A stretch of 64,000 bases of DNA from a virus (IMGVR_UViG_3300037245_001213:7053-71052); one strand, 5' to 3'. Shown: positions 1-8,546, counted from the first letter of the stretch. Notes: generated from the sequence alone by a model not told the origin. Numbers and translations: made by a program.

Positions 1-7
1 CGACATC

Positions 8-229
8 GTGATGCCGATAAACGCTGAGATAATCAGTGTGCTTCCTTGCGAACCTAGGTGGCCCACTATCAACATCTGGGCTGTTGTCAACCCAATGAAT
101 AAAACAGAGCATCGTCACCTACGTGTCACACTGACAGGTCAATCCCTGCCCGACAGGCCCCTGTTATTCCTGACCACGTTCTTGTTTCAGGGCGTAATCT
201 ACCACGTATTCGAGGACCCTAAGCGATGA
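8..229 (+). CDS. hypothetical protein
   Basis: First ORF of a tightly overlapping plus-strand gene chain (ATGA junction with next ORF at 226). Confidence 0.4.
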   Translation: MMPINAEIISVLPCEPRWPTINIWAVVNPMNKTEHRHLRVTLTGQSLPDRPLLFLTTFLFQGVIYHVFEDPKR

Positions 230-426
230 TCGCACTGCAACGAATGGCCCTAGTCACATGGGTCGGAAGCGGCTACCCTGAACTACAGGATAAGCTCAAG
301 TTGGCTAACACACCTGAAGAACAAGTAGCATTGGCCGAGGAATGTATGGAGCTTTCAATCAACTCTGACGGCGTGTCTAAGGATGTGTATTCCTGTATCG
401 CCAAAGCCATAAGGAGAAACCAATGA
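226..426 (+). CDS. hypothetical small protein
   Basis: ORF chained by overlapping start/stop to neighbours. Confidence 0.45.
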   Translation: MIALQRMALVTWVGSGYPELQDKLKLANTPEEQVALAEECMELSINSDGVSKDVYSCIAKAIRRNQ

Positions 427-701
427 GCGAAGCAAAAGAACTGAAGACAGTCGGGGAAGTGATAGACGCGTTGAGTGAGTTCCCGCGTAACCGACCTATC
501 CTCGGCACTTGGGAAGGCATCACTAGGTCCCTGCGAGTTTACAATACTCCTTCAGTTATTATTATCGACGCGGACGAGGGCGACTATCAAGCCAGTCTAC
601 AGGGTCTTCGGTGCGAATGTGGGGCTACTGCCAATGGTTTTCACAATGGTGAACCATACTGTTACACATGCTGGGAGAGGAAAGAAGATGAAAGTAATTA
701 A
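423..701 (+). CDS. hypothetical protein
   Basis: ORF ends 14 nt inside rtcB start; Cys-containing C-terminus (CECG...CYTCW). Confidence 0.45.
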   Translation: MSEAKELKTVGEVIDALSEFPRNRPILGTWEGITRSLRVYNTPSVIIIDADEGDYQASLQGLRCECGATANGFHNGEPYCYTCWERKEDESN

Positions 702-1833
702 CACTGAGAACCGACCGATTAAGATGTGGACTGACCTGGATGGTCCTGCGATGGCGCAGGCTAGGAATCTAGCCAACCTGCCCTTCACATTCAGTCACGT
801 AGCGATCATGCCTGACGCCCACATGGGCTATGGTATGCCTATCGGTGGTGTACTGGCCACTGAGGGCGTGGTCGTCCCTAACGCTGTTGGAGTGGACATT
901 GGGTGTGGCATGTGCGCGGTCAAGACCAACATTGGGCATGCGACCGAAGCACAGTTGAAGGAGACCGTGGCCGAGATTCGACGGCGTGTGCCGACAGGGT
1001 TCAAGAAGCATAAGTTCCCTCAGCACCCGGACTTGATGCCTGAGCCTTCTCCCTTCATGTTCGTGGCCACTAAGGAGTACGACAACGCCGCTAAGTCTCT
1101 CGGGACGTTAGGTGGCGGAAACCACTTCATCGAGATTCAGAATGATGGCGAGACTCTCTGGGTGATGATCCACTCAGGGTCCAGGAATCTTGGCAAGCAG
1201 GTCGCCGACCACTACAACAAGGTCGCCAAGAAAATGAATGAACGATGGTACTCTGAGGTGCCTAGTAAGTGGGACCTGGCATTCCTACCTACTACGAGTA
1301 TGGAGTACGTCAGCTACATTGACGAGATGAACTACTGCGTGAACTTCGCGATGGCCAATCGCAAGGCCATGATGGGTGAGGTTCTCCATTGCCTATCCGA
1401 GGTCTTCGGTCTTGTTTACCGTGAGGAACCGATCGACATTGCTCACAATTATGCAACCGTGGAGAATCACTTCGGGAAGAACGTCATAGTGCATCGTAAA
1501 GGTGCGACCAGGGCACGTGAAGGGGAGATCGGTATCATCCCTGGCTCGCAGGGCACATCGTCGTATATCGTCCAGGGTCTAGGTAACCCGCAGAGCTTCA
1601 ACTCCTGTTCGCACGGGGCCGGGCGCCGCATGGGACGTAAGGAAGCACAGCGTTCCCTGTCTCTCGAAGGCGAGCAGGACAAGCTGAAAGGTATCGTCCA
1701 CTCTGTGAGAGGCAGTAAGGACCTTGACGAAGCCCCTGGAGCCTACAAGGACATTGATACCGTCATGGCGAACCAGGAAGACCTGGTCGAAATTACCACC
1801 AAACTTACACCCTTAGCCGTAGTGAAAGGTTGA
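688..1833 (+). CDS. rtcB: RNA 3'-phosphate/2',3'-cyclic phosphate ligase RtcB
   Basis: Motifs HMGYGMPIGGV, GGGNHFIEIQ, GSRNLGKQVADHY, IAHNYATVENH, CSHGAGRRMGR. Start at ATG 688 (MKVINTEN) behind a GGAGAGGAAAG RBS; the track's ATG at 475 looks like upstream read-through. Confidence 0.9.
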   Translation: MKVINTENRPIKMWTDLDGPAMAQARNLANLPFTFSHVAIMPDAHMGYGMPIGGVLATEGVVVPNAVGVDIGCGMCAVKTNIGHATEAQLKETVAEIRRRVPTGFKKHKFPQHPDLMPEPSPFMFVATKEYDNAAKSLGTLGGGNHFIEIQNDGETLWVMIHSGSRNLGKQVADHYNKVAKKMNERWYSEVPSKWDLAFLPTTSMEYVSYIDEMNYCVNFAMANRKAMMGEVLHCLSEVFGLVYREEPIDIAHNYATVENHFGKNVIVHRKGATRAREGEIGIIPGSQGTSSYIVQGLGNPQSFNSCSHGAGRRMGRKEAQRSLSLEGEQDKLKGIVHSVRGSKDLDEAPGAYKDIDTVMANQEDLVEITTKLTPLAVVKG

Positions 1834-2246
1834 TTATGAAACACCCTGAAACCCATATGGTCACAGCCGAGCATGGGCCACGCCAAGCCAATCCCAACCG
1901 CTGCCTGTACTGTAAACAGCCTATCGGCTCGCTACATCTAGAGGACTGCGTGTGCCGTGATCGCACTGTGATGGTGAGAATGACCATAGACATTTGCATC
2001 AAAGCATGTGAGTCTGACACGGTCGAGGACATTAAGTTCTTCTTGAATGAGGGGAGCTGGTGTTCCAGTAACATCATCGACGACTTACAACGCGTCGAGT
2101 GTATCTGCCCTCATACGGAGTTCGAGTATATCGGGGAAGCTACCGAAGAGGACGAAGAGAATTGGAATCTTAGAATTCGCCGTGAATGCGCTTCAAAAGG
2201 ATCTGAAATGAAAAGTGAAAGTAAGAAACGCGGGGTAACATTTTAA
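1830..2246 (+). CDS. Cys-rich hypothetical protein (CLYC..IGSLHLEDC domain)
   Basis: N-terminal C-x-Y-C-x3-IG-x-LH-x-EDC motif shared with next ORF; acidic C-terminus. Confidence 0.5.
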   Translation: MIMKHPETHMVTAEHGPRQANPNRCLYCKQPIGSLHLEDCVCRDRTVMVRMTIDICIKACESDTVEDIKFFLNEGSWCSSNIIDDLQRVECICPHTEFEYIGEATEEDEENWNLRIRRECASKGSEMKSESKKRGVTF

Positions 2247-2276
2247 CACACTTCTACCTCCTTTGAATACTGGGAT

Positions 2277-2579
2277 GTGTGCGTCTATTGTAATCGCCGT
2301 ATTGGGCGTCTTCATACAGAAGACTGCCCATATTTTAATGACCGGTCTTATACACAGGAGTTGATTATGAAAGTCAAAGTACGAATCGCCGTAGCCGTTG
2401 ACGCCGATGGCAAATGGGCCGCCAGTGGTTGGGGAACCCAGGCTTACTCCACTACAAGAGACCTTCCAATGGAAATTGCTATTGAGGGTGTAGAGGCAGG
2501 CGAGAATAGATACTGGGTCGAGGCTGAGTTGGAAATTCCGGAAACGAAAACCATTCAAGGTGAGGTCCAGGAAGCATGA
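2277..2579 (+). CDS. hypothetical protein, paralog of previous (CVYC..IGRLHTEDC)
   Basis: Shares the CxYCx3IGxLHxEDC N-terminal motif with ORF 1830-2246. Confidence 0.5.
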   Translation: MCVYCNRRIGRLHTEDCPYFNDRSYTQELIMKVKVRIAVAVDADGKWAASGWGTQAYSTTRDLPMEIAIEGVEAGENRYWVEAELEIPETKTIQGEVQEA

Positions 2580-2812
2580 AAATCATTAGAACGTTCCTTC
2601 ATCTTGCGATCATAATGATTGCTATACTTGGTCTTGGTTATGCCATGCAGCAAGAAGCAGCCGAGAGTCGGTCCCGGCACGCCCGAGGCGAAAGCATTAC
2701 CATGGCCGAAGTGTTACAGATGGAGAAGGATATAATCAAAGAGAACCGGGCCTTGGTCAGAGCCAGGACCGAATGGTATAAAACCCACACCAAGGCAGAG
2801 GACCCACAATGA
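2576..2812 (+). CDS. small membrane protein (1 TM) with ARTEWYK motif
   Basis: N-terminal hydrophobic helix; C-terminal RARTEWYKTHTK. Confidence 0.5.
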   Translation: MKIIRTFLHLAIIMIAILGLGYAMQQEAAESRSRHARGESITMAEVLQMEKDIIKENRALVRARTEWYKTHTKAEDPQ

Positions 2813-3003
2813 TAAAAGATAATTGGCCTTTAATATTAATCCTCGCTGTGATATTAGGCATCGCGGTGTTCGGTTGTATAACGGACCATGAGCGGGCGGT
2901 GATTGAGCGCGATTGGCGCGCAGCCGAGAGACAGGCCGCCCTGGATATGACCAAAGCACGTACCGAATGGTACAAATCCACACCAAGGAAGAAGACCCAA
3001 TGA
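2809..3003 (+). CDS. small membrane protein, tandem paralog (KARTEWYKS)
   Basis: TM helix LILILAVILGIAVFGCI and the same ARTEWYK motif as the previous ORF. Confidence 0.5.
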   Translation: MIKDNWPLILILAVILGIAVFGCITDHERAVIERDWRAAERQAALDMTKARTEWYKSTPRKKTQ

Positions 3004-3377
3004 GCATCTTGAAACGAGTGTCCGATTTCGCAGGGGATTTCATAAGGCTCCCTAAAGACTTAGAGGCTAAATCCCTAGAGGCTAATACCATGCGTGAAGA
3101 ATGGGCAAAGGTAGACGAGCCCCTTATCCCTGGGGATGTGCTGAAGTCAATGCGCACTCTCTCATATATTAGTGAAGACAAGGTACGTGTGAAGATTCCT
3201 TGTAACTACAGGTGTGGTGAGTACCAAGGCGTTTTTAGCCTCACGTTACTGGAGACCCTTTTGTACTGGCACAACGCCACTGGTTACTTCTGCTCTGAAG
3301 GTAAAACCGAGACTGTGAAGTTTGCACTGAAGAGGGCATTCATTCAGTTGGCGCAAGAACGACTTGACAAGTCTTGA
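3000..3377 (+). CDS. hypothetical protein
   Basis: In-frame ATG at 3000 overlapping the upstream stop (ATGA); track ORF 2913-3377. Confidence 0.45.
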   Translation: MSILKRVSDFAGDFIRLPKDLEAKSLEANTMREEWAKVDEPLIPGDVLKSMRTLSYISEDKVRVKIPCNYRCGEYQGVFSLTLLETLLYWHNATGYFCSEGKTETVKFALKRAFIQLAQERLDKS

Positions 3378-3391
3378 AAGTGTGGTATAGT
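3364..3391 (+). promoter_or_regulatory. sigma70-like promoter TTGACA-N16-TATAGT with AAAGTGTGG element
   Basis: TTGACA 3364-3369, TATAGT 3386-3391, RBS AGGAGAAAAC before ATG 3412. Confidence 0.5.
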
Positions 3392-3411
3392 TAAGTTGAA
3401 AGGAGAAAACG

Positions 3412-3720
3412 ATGAACTTCGCACACTACGCCTACGTCGATCTCGGGGACATCTATGTTGAGATCGACGTAGACTTTGATTACTGGCCTGAGGAGGCTAT
3501 GGTTCGGTATTCCCCGGAAGGGGGTTATCCTGGCAGCCCGCCAGCTGTAGAGATCACTAACGTGCGGGTGACCTATGTTAATGCCAAGACCTGGTGCCGT
3601 TATCGTGAAGATCTACGGGGCTGGGAAGTGGACCTGGATCGCATCGCTCTTGAAGCGATTGAGGGCGACATTTACTCTGACCTTTTGGAGACAGCCGATG
3701 TTTGGCTGAAAGAACAATGA
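3412..3720 (+). CDS. hypothetical acidic protein
   Basis: ORF with RBS; follows promoter. Confidence 0.55.
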   Translation: MNFAHYAYVDLGDIYVEIDVDFDYWPEEAMVRYSPEGGYPGSPPAVEITNVRVTYVNAKTWCRYREDLRGWEVDLDRIALEAIEGDIYSDLLETADVWLKEQ

Positions 3721-3950
3721 AATTTGCACTTAATCCTTTGGGGTTCACTATTGTCCCTGAGACAATTGAGGACGCATACTCGATCGGAAAACTGGCCGTT
3801 TGGATGAAAGACGACGAAAGTATCCAGCATAACGGACCTTGCACCCTCTTGGTGAACACAGCGCAGCTCAAAGCCGTAGACAAGGTTCTTCCATGGGAAG
3901 GGTCGGGGCTCGGCCGAACAGGCTACATCAAGAAACTTTTGGAGAAATAA
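3717..3950 (+). CDS. hypothetical protein
   Basis: ATG 3717 overlaps the upstream TGA (ATGA). Confidence 0.45.
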   Translation: MKFALNPLGFTIVPETIEDAYSIGKLAVWMKDDESIQHNGPCTLLVNTAQLKAVDKVLPWEGSGLGRTGYIKKLLEK

Positions 3951-4183
3951 TGGACACAGTTTACATGCTTAGTTTTGGTTATGATACCGCCAACCTTATC
4001 AGGGAGTTCGCCACTGATGAACAGGGACTGTTGAACCTGGCCAGTAAGGAGGTGCAACTTTTGACGGAAGTCGAAGAGGTGTGGTTTGTCGCCAGCGAGG
4101 GGGTAAATCGCAACATAGTCGTTGTCGATTGTAAAGGCGCCCATTATAACTTTTCCATTCACACTATTCCGAGGGTAGAATGA
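3950..4183 (+). CDS. hypothetical protein
   Basis: Internal ATG at 3950 forms TAATG overlap with the upstream stop; track ORF 3839-4183. Confidence 0.4.
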   Translation: MDTVYMLSFGYDTANLIREFATDEQGLLNLASKEVQLLTEVEEVWFVASEGVNRNIVVVDCKGAHYNFSIHTIPRVE

Positions 4184-4413
4184 GAGCCGTGAACATCGCT
4201 ATTGACGTCCTGGATCACCTTGACCCGATCCTGGGCTACGATCTAAAGAACATCTTGGAAGAGCCTGGGGACGACCCTAGGCAGGCTATCTGCGACGTGC
4301 TTACACAGTGTCAATGTCGCAAGGTAATCCTAAGGGACGGGCCGCTGAAACAACTTTGGGACTGTGCCATTGAGGCGCTAGATCTCGCAATCGAAAGGAT
4401 ACCGGCATGTTGA
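4180..4413 (+). CDS. hypothetical protein
   Basis: ORF overlapping the upstream stop. Confidence 0.45.
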   Translation: MRAVNIAIDVLDHLDPILGYDLKNILEEPGDDPRQAICDVLTQCQCRKVILRDGPLKQLWDCAIEALDLAIERIPAC

Positions 4414-4637
4414 GAAAAGAGGTTTGGGAGTGTATTGATGGCTCGCATTTCGACACGCAGCAGGACGCCGGGGAGCATGAAGAACAATTGTTGGCAAGGT
4501 GGATGTGTACTGCCAAGGTGACTCCGCAGGATATCATCGACGCGTGCGATAATACCGAAAACGCCGAATTCTTCGGTACTATGAGACACATGGCCGAGAC
4601 TATCTTCCAAGAAGCCGCCGAACGAATATACAGGTGA
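4407..4637 (+). CDS. hypothetical protein
   Basis: ORF, 7-nt overlap with upstream. Confidence 0.45.
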   Translation: MLRKEVWECIDGSHFDTQQDAGEHEEQLLARWMCTAKVTPQDIIDACDNTENAEFFGTMRHMAETIFQEAAERIYR

Positions 4638-4641
4638 GAAA

Positions 4642-5010
4642 ATGGAAAGCATTAAAAGTGTGAAACCTTTATCAACGGAGTTTTCTGTGAGTAAACTTAC
4701 AATTATCAAGTGGGTAGCGGGGTTTAACATGGAAGGCAGACTCGTCGCTGGCACCCTTAGTGTCCGTGAGACTCCTAAGACGTACATCGTAATTGACCCT
4801 CAGAGCGATGAATACGAAGCCCTACGGTGGGCAGTCAATTTCCGTACTAATTTCTTCAAAGATAAGATGTACGACACTGAGCGCGAGGCTATTATGGCTT
4901 GCGTTGAAAAGTATGATGCTGCGGCATGTGTCGCCAAGGTGGATTATGACCGAGCCATTAATAAGTTTGAGACCGCTAGAGATGGCTTAGCTGCGTGTGA
5001 CGCGTCATAG
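4642..5010 (+). CDS. hypothetical protein
   Basis: ORF with RBS GGTGAGAAAATG. Confidence 0.5.
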   Translation: MESIKSVKPLSTEFSVSKLTIIKWVAGFNMEGRLVAGTLSVRETPKTYIVIDPQSDEYEALRWAVNFRTNFFKDKMYDTEREAIMACVEKYDAAACVAKVDYDRAINKFETARDGLAACDAS

Positions 5011-5044
5011 AAAACGGCCACCTCGCTCCGCGTTTTTTAACTTG

Positions 5045-5072
5045 CTTGACTTCACTCAGTTATGGTGTATAC
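5045..5072 (+). promoter_or_regulatory. sigma70-like promoter TTGACT-N16-TATACT
   Basis: TTGACT 5045-5050, TATACT 5067-5072, then RBS AGGAGACAAAACG and ATG 5104; preceded by A-tract/G+C-rich/T6 segment 5018-5040. Confidence 0.5.
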
Positions 5073-5103
5073 TTAGGGTGAACACTAACCAGGAGACAAA
5101 ACG

Positions 5104-6474
5104 ATGTACCTTATGATTCAGAACAAGGGTGTGGCACCAGAAGGTGCTTACACTATCCTTGGCGCCAGCGGTAACCGCGATGCTGACAACACCATCGGGC
5201 AGTTCGGCACTGGCAACAAGCATGCCATCAACTGCTGCCTCCGAGAGGGCCTTGAGGTTCGAGTCTACTGTGGCGCCGACCGCCTCAGTTTCGGGTACAC
5301 GGAAGAAAAGTTCGAGGATAAGATTGTCCATCGTATCACCCTGACGAAGAACGGTAAGAAGCCTGTGGAACGCGACTGGACGCTCGACTGGGGTTCCCTG
5401 GACTGGACCGACATTGGTATGGGTCTCAGGGAGTTCATCTCGAACGCGATCGACCGCTCTGAGCGGAACGGTGGCGTCCAGGAAGCCTTCGACACCGGAG
5501 ACCTGGTCGTGACTCTGACTGAGAAAATCCAGGCTAAGAGTGGATACACTCGGGTGTACATCGAAGTCAACGACGAAGTATTAAGTTACGTGGCAGAACT
5601 GAAGCAACGTTTTCTACACTTCAGTGGGTCTCCGAAGGGAACTATCCTCCTGAAGGCTAATCGAGGGATGGGCACCGACCGGGCTATGATTTACCGAGAA
5701 GGCGTGTACGTCCGTAGGGCTGGGCTCCAGTCGTTATTTGACTACAACTTTTCTGCCTCTGAATTGGAACTCGACGACTGTCGGAACAGTTCCGGCTATA
5801 CTGTTATGCTACGGGTCGGACATACCTTGCGGGACGCACCCGTGGACAAACTTATCATGGTCCTGGAGTCCCTCAGCCGGGGGGAGAAGACGCTGGAAGG
5901 CTCCTTGGACTCTACATGCCTGTCTCCTACCTGGACCGATCCTACGGACGCACAGAAGGAAACGTGGCAGACCGCCTGGAAGGCCTGTTTTGGGGATGCT
6001 ATCCTCACCGAAGGCAATGAGATGATCGATGGGTTCGTCAAGAGGAAAGGACACACCACTAAGGCCATCACCCAGGAGGGCTGGAGGACCGCGCTAGCGT
6101 ACTTCGGCGTCAAGACCCACCGAGAGGTCTTGTCTGACAACGAACGCCAGGGGAGGGTCACTGTGGCCTCCACAGAGGCCGCTGAGAAGGCAGTAGACCA
6201 GGTGTGGGAGTGGGTCAAGGCCGCTGGCATGGACTTCGGCATGGCTCGCCCACCTGTTAAGTGCTTCACCAACATTATGGACGCAGGATGCACGACCTTT
6301 GGATACTACGATGGCGGGACCGTGTACCTGAACCAGACTATCGCCGACGAATGTAACAAGATGACTCTGAAGGTGGCCCTCGAAGAGGTCGCCCACTATG
6401 TGACTGGTGCCGAGGACAATTCACGCGACTTCCAAGATTTCGCTTTTGGGTTCGCTGTCGAGTTCCTGGCCTAA
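5104..6474 (+). CDS. hypothetical protein (IGQFGTGNK glycine-rich motif)
   Basis: 456-aa ORF. N-terminal ILGASGNRDADNTIGQFGTGNKHAI resembles an Hsp90/GHKL G-box, but spacing is atypical. Confidence 0.6.
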   Translation: MYLMIQNKGVAPEGAYTILGASGNRDADNTIGQFGTGNKHAINCCLREGLEVRVYCGADRLSFGYTEEKFEDKIVHRITLTKNGKKPVERDWTLDWGSLDWTDIGMGLREFISNAIDRSERNGGVQEAFDTGDLVVTLTEKIQAKSGYTRVYIEVNDEVLSYVAELKQRFLHFSGSPKGTILLKANRGMGTDRAMIYREGVYVRRAGLQSLFDYNFSASELELDDCRNSSGYTVMLRVGHTLRDAPVDKLIMVLESLSRGEKTLEGSLDSTCLSPTWTDPTDAQKETWQTAWKACFGDAILTEGNEMIDGFVKRKGHTTKAITQEGWRTALAYFGVKTHREVLSDNERQGRVTVASTEAAEKAVDQVWEWVKAAGMDFGMARPPVKCFTNIMDAGCTTFGYYDGGTVYLNQTIADECNKMTLKVALEEVAHYVTGAEDNSRDFQDFAFGFAVEFLA

Positions 6475-6514
6475 CCAACCAAACCCACGAGATTAGCCTG
6501 GTACCGGGCTAGGA

Positions 6515-6591
6515 GAAGAGGGACGACTGAGCATACCCGCTCGGCGTTGGTAATGGGCACAGCCCTTGTAGGTTCAAATCCTGCCTCTTCA
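6515..6591 (+). tRNA. tRNA-like gene, class II-like (GGGC-aca-GCCC variable-arm hairpin), isotype undetermined
   Basis: Acceptor GAAGAGG/CCTCTTC, T-loop GGTTCAAATCC at 6571-6581. Anticodon arm not resolved by eye. Confidence 0.45.
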
Positions 6592-6592
6592 C

Positions 6593-6620
6593 TTGACAAG
6601 TACGTTTTACATGGTATACT
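6593..6620 (+). promoter_or_regulatory. sigma70-like promoter TTGACA-N16-TATACT
   Basis: Immediately 3' of the tRNA; TTGACA 6593-6598, TATACT 6615-6620, RBS AGGAGATAACAA before ATG 6639. Confidence 0.5.
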
Positions 6621-6638
6621 GTAAGTAGGAGATAACAA

Positions 6639-6911
6639 ATGCTGATCAAAGTACAAGATGGTTTTGAAACCCGTTTCGCGGACCCAGAACTTGCAGAGTG
6701 TTCTTGGCCTAGTAGGGTCAAGTGGTTCACCGCAATCGTACTGTATAAGACACACTCAAGGAAGTATTGGGTGCATTACCGGAGAGGGACTAGAATCCCC
6801 GATGACACCAGGTTCCTGAGCGACAAGAAAGCGGCCCAGTGGCTGCTTGAACATGGTTATGAAGTGCCAAAGGATCTGAAGTACCAATTGAAGGGGTTAG
6901 TTGAAGTGTAG
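6639..6911 (+). CDS. hypothetical protein
   Basis: ORF with RBS. Confidence 0.5.
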   Translation: MLIKVQDGFETRFADPELAECSWPSRVKWFTAIVLYKTHSRKYWVHYRRGTRIPDDTRFLSDKKAAQWLLEHGYEVPKDLKYQLKGLVEV

Positions 6912-7017
6912 TAGGAGAGGACTCGCTGGGCTGTATACTGCCCTAACCAAGGATACTTGAGGAAGGTTGCCTTGGCCTCAACCAGATATGGTGAAGGGGA
7001 CCTCAAGAGCGAGTGAC

Positions 7018-7087
7018 TGTGTGGTAGCTCAGAATGGTTAGAGCAGCGTTGATCGCGAAGAGGCGGGTTCGACTCCCGCCCGCACAG
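7018..7087 (+). tRNA. tRNA-like gene, canonical D- and T-arms, anticodon arm non-canonical
   Basis: Acceptor TGTGTGG/CCGCACA, D-arm TAGCTCAGAATGGTTAGAGC, T-arm GCGGGTTCGACTCCCGC. Only 17 nt separate D- and T-stems and no 5-bp/7-nt anticodon arm was found. Confidence 0.45.
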
Positions 7088-7120
7088 CTGGTTTACTTTT
7101 TTAACATGTAAGGAGAAACA

Positions 7121-7378
7121 ATGGTTACCGCTTACTGTGTAAAATATGCCCTTACTCAAGGAATCTTCAAAATTGAAGGGGAGATTAATGGATTGCGTTT
7201 TATGTGGCACACTCAAAGACAGAGTTACATGAGCCTATCAAAGTTAGAATGGGCTATCACTTTGGAGTGTGCCAAGGAATTGGCAAAGTCTAACGTGGAG
7301 AAGAAAATCAAGTCGCTGACTAAGCAAATCACAAAGCTCGAAAAGATTGAAATCGAGGTGCATGAAAAACTCGTATAA
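7121..7378 (+). CDS. hypothetical coiled-coil protein
   Basis: ORF with RBS AAGGAGAAACA. Confidence 0.5.
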   Translation: MVTAYCVKYALTQGIFKIEGEINGLRFMWHTQRQSYMSLSKLEWAITLECAKELAKSNVEKKIKSLTKQITKLEKIEIEVHEKLV

Positions 7379-7387
7379 CTGATATAT

Positions 7388-7460
7388 AGGGGAGGATTCA
7401 TGGCCCTCGGGGTGCCTGGAGGCAACGCTAGCATGGCAGGTTCAATTCCTGTTGCCCTTA
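7388..7460 (+). tRNA. tRNA-like element, low confidence
   Basis: T-arm-like GCAGGTTCAATTCCTGT within extended hairpin GGCAAC...GTTGCC; acceptor pairing imperfect. Confidence 0.3.
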
Positions 7461-7470
7461 CCCTATGAAA

Positions 7471-7554
7471 TGCGTGGTAGTTTAACTAGTCTAAAATTCC
7501 AGGCAGGTATTGGCCTGCCACCTGGAGTCGGGGGTTCGAGTCCTCCTCACGCGC
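7471..7554 (+). tRNA. tRNA-like gene (84 nt), isotype undetermined
   Basis: Acceptor TGCGTGG/TCACGCG (2 G-U pairs), T-arm GGGGGTTCGAGTCCTCC, internal hairpin GGCAGG-tattgg-CCTGCC. Confidence 0.4.
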
Positions 7555-7555
7555 T

Positions 7556-7627
7556 GCGGAGATAACTCAGTTCGGTAGAGCACCTCAGAAATGAGGAGGG
7601 TCACGGGTTCAAATCCCGTTCACGCAG
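7556..7627 (+). tRNA. tRNA-like gene with GAAA tetraloop in place of anticodon loop
   Basis: U8A9 + D-arm ACTCAGTTCGGTAGAGC and T-arm ACGGGTTCAAATCCCGT are canonical. The anticodon region folds as CCTCA-GAAA-TGAGG; acceptor pairing is imperfect. Confidence 0.45.
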
Positions 7628-7628
7628 T

Positions 7629-7656
7629 TTGACTTTGACTATTTACGGCGTATACT
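7629..7656 (+). promoter_or_regulatory. sigma70-like promoter TTGACT-N16-TATACT
   Basis: Directly after the tRNA cluster; RBS AGGAAG before ATG 7684. Confidence 0.45.
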
Positions 7657-7683
7657 TGCAGTAGAAGGAAGTAAGTGAACGAA

Positions 7684-7920
7684 ATGCTTAAAGCTGCGAT
7701 TTATGTTTTGGTTTACAACGGTGTCCATGACGACATACCTTTGCCTTGTTACGCCGAGAGTTTTAGTGACGCTGGAGAAATGGCTCTCGACTTCGTCCGT
7801 AGGGAATTTGCGAATGGGGACCGAAAGTTGAAGGCTACCAGGACGGATAGGAAAATCAAAGTGGTGGACACTATCCGGTGCATGGTATATGTCTTCGACA
7901 TTATCCTGTACACCTCTTAG
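7684..7920 (+). CDS. hypothetical protein
   Basis: Track ORF starts at GTG 7675; ATG 7684 (MLKAAIY) has the better RBS spacing. Confidence 0.45.
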   Translation: MLKAAIYVLVYNGVHDDIPLPCYAESFSDAGEMALDFVRREFANGDRKLKATRTDRKIKVVDTIRCMVYVFDIILYTS

Positions 7921-7928
7921 GAGAGACG

Positions 7929-8141
7929 ATGACTAACACTGAGAAACTTGGCGCAGAACTGTTCGACAAGGTCTGTATGACCATCCTCAAGGACGAAGAA
8001 TTTAAGGACCCGGCTGCCTATGACATTGCAGCAGCAGTCCAGGATGCTTACTTTAAGGCTAAGTTGAAGTATGGGACAAAATCGCCACGTCCCGCATGTG
8101 AAGGCATAGAGAAGCCCCTCGACTGGGAAGTTGGAGTGTAA
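7929..8141 (+). CDS. small protein with AAAVQDAYF motif
   Basis: Internal ATG with RBS GGAGAGACG; paralog of 11303-11458 (AAAVQDAF). Confidence 0.45.
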   Translation: MTNTEKLGAELFDKVCMTILKDEEFKDPAAYDIAAAVQDAYFKAKLKYGTKSPRPACEGIEKPLDWEVGV

Positions 8142-8165
8142 GTAAACCTTGGAAATGGAGATAAG

Positions 8166-8546
8166 ATGAACGATCAGATTACAGAACGTATCGTAGGTAG
8201 CCTTGACAAGGTCCAGCAGTACATCGAGTCCGCTGAAGGGTTTGTGCTTGAGCAAGCGCCTCAGGTGGCCCAAGAGATTGTGCTGTCAGGTAGGATTCAA
8301 GCGGCCTTCACCATAGTTGTTGTGACCTTACTGACACTTATTGTGCTTACATTTGCAGGCATCTGTTGGCGAGTCCATATTAAACTGGGGTGCCCTGATG
8401 ATAGCGGATGGCTTTTGCTAACATTGATAAGCCTAGTGGTAAGTGTTTGCATGTCCATGATGCCTATAACCGCATCGTACAGCGCCATAATCCCGTTCTT
8501 TGCCCCGCGTCTGTATCTGTTGCAGGAGATTGCGAAACTAGTATGA
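8166..8546 (+). CDS. membrane protein (multi-TM), paralog A
   Basis: N-term MNDQITERIVGSLDKVQQYIESAEGFVLEQAPQVAQEIV, C-term FFAPRLYLLQEIAKL. Paralog of 9230-9604. Confidence 0.55.
   Translation: MNDQITERIVGSLDKVQQYIESAEGFVLEQAPQVAQEIVLSGRIQAAFTIVVVTLLTLIVLTFAGICWRVHIKLGCPDDSGWLLLTLISLVVSVCMSMMPITASYSAIIPFFAPRLYLLQEIAKLV

Noticed and set aside
597-1682. Minus-strand ORFs 597-788, 769-1026, 1467-1682 inside rtcB
   Set aside because: Antisense to a gene with strong conserved motifs; no RBS support; typical shadow ORFs
5012-5040. Rho-independent terminator after gene 4642-5010
   Set aside because: A-tract/GC-rich/T6 layout is suggestive, but I could not find a stem longer than 3-4 bp; left as weak
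5104-6474. GHKL/Hsp90-type ATPase call for the 456-aa protein
   Set aside because: Only the IGQFGTGNK G2-like box is recognisable, and it sits directly against a DADN stretch without the usual ATP-lid spacing; insufficient evidence
7421-7456. Separate tRNA at the GGCAAC...GTTGCC hairpin with TTCAATT loop
   Set aside because: The T-arm-like hairpin is coaxially extended rather than part of a cloverleaf with a resolvable acceptor stem; folded into the low-confidence tRNA-like call 7388-7460 instead
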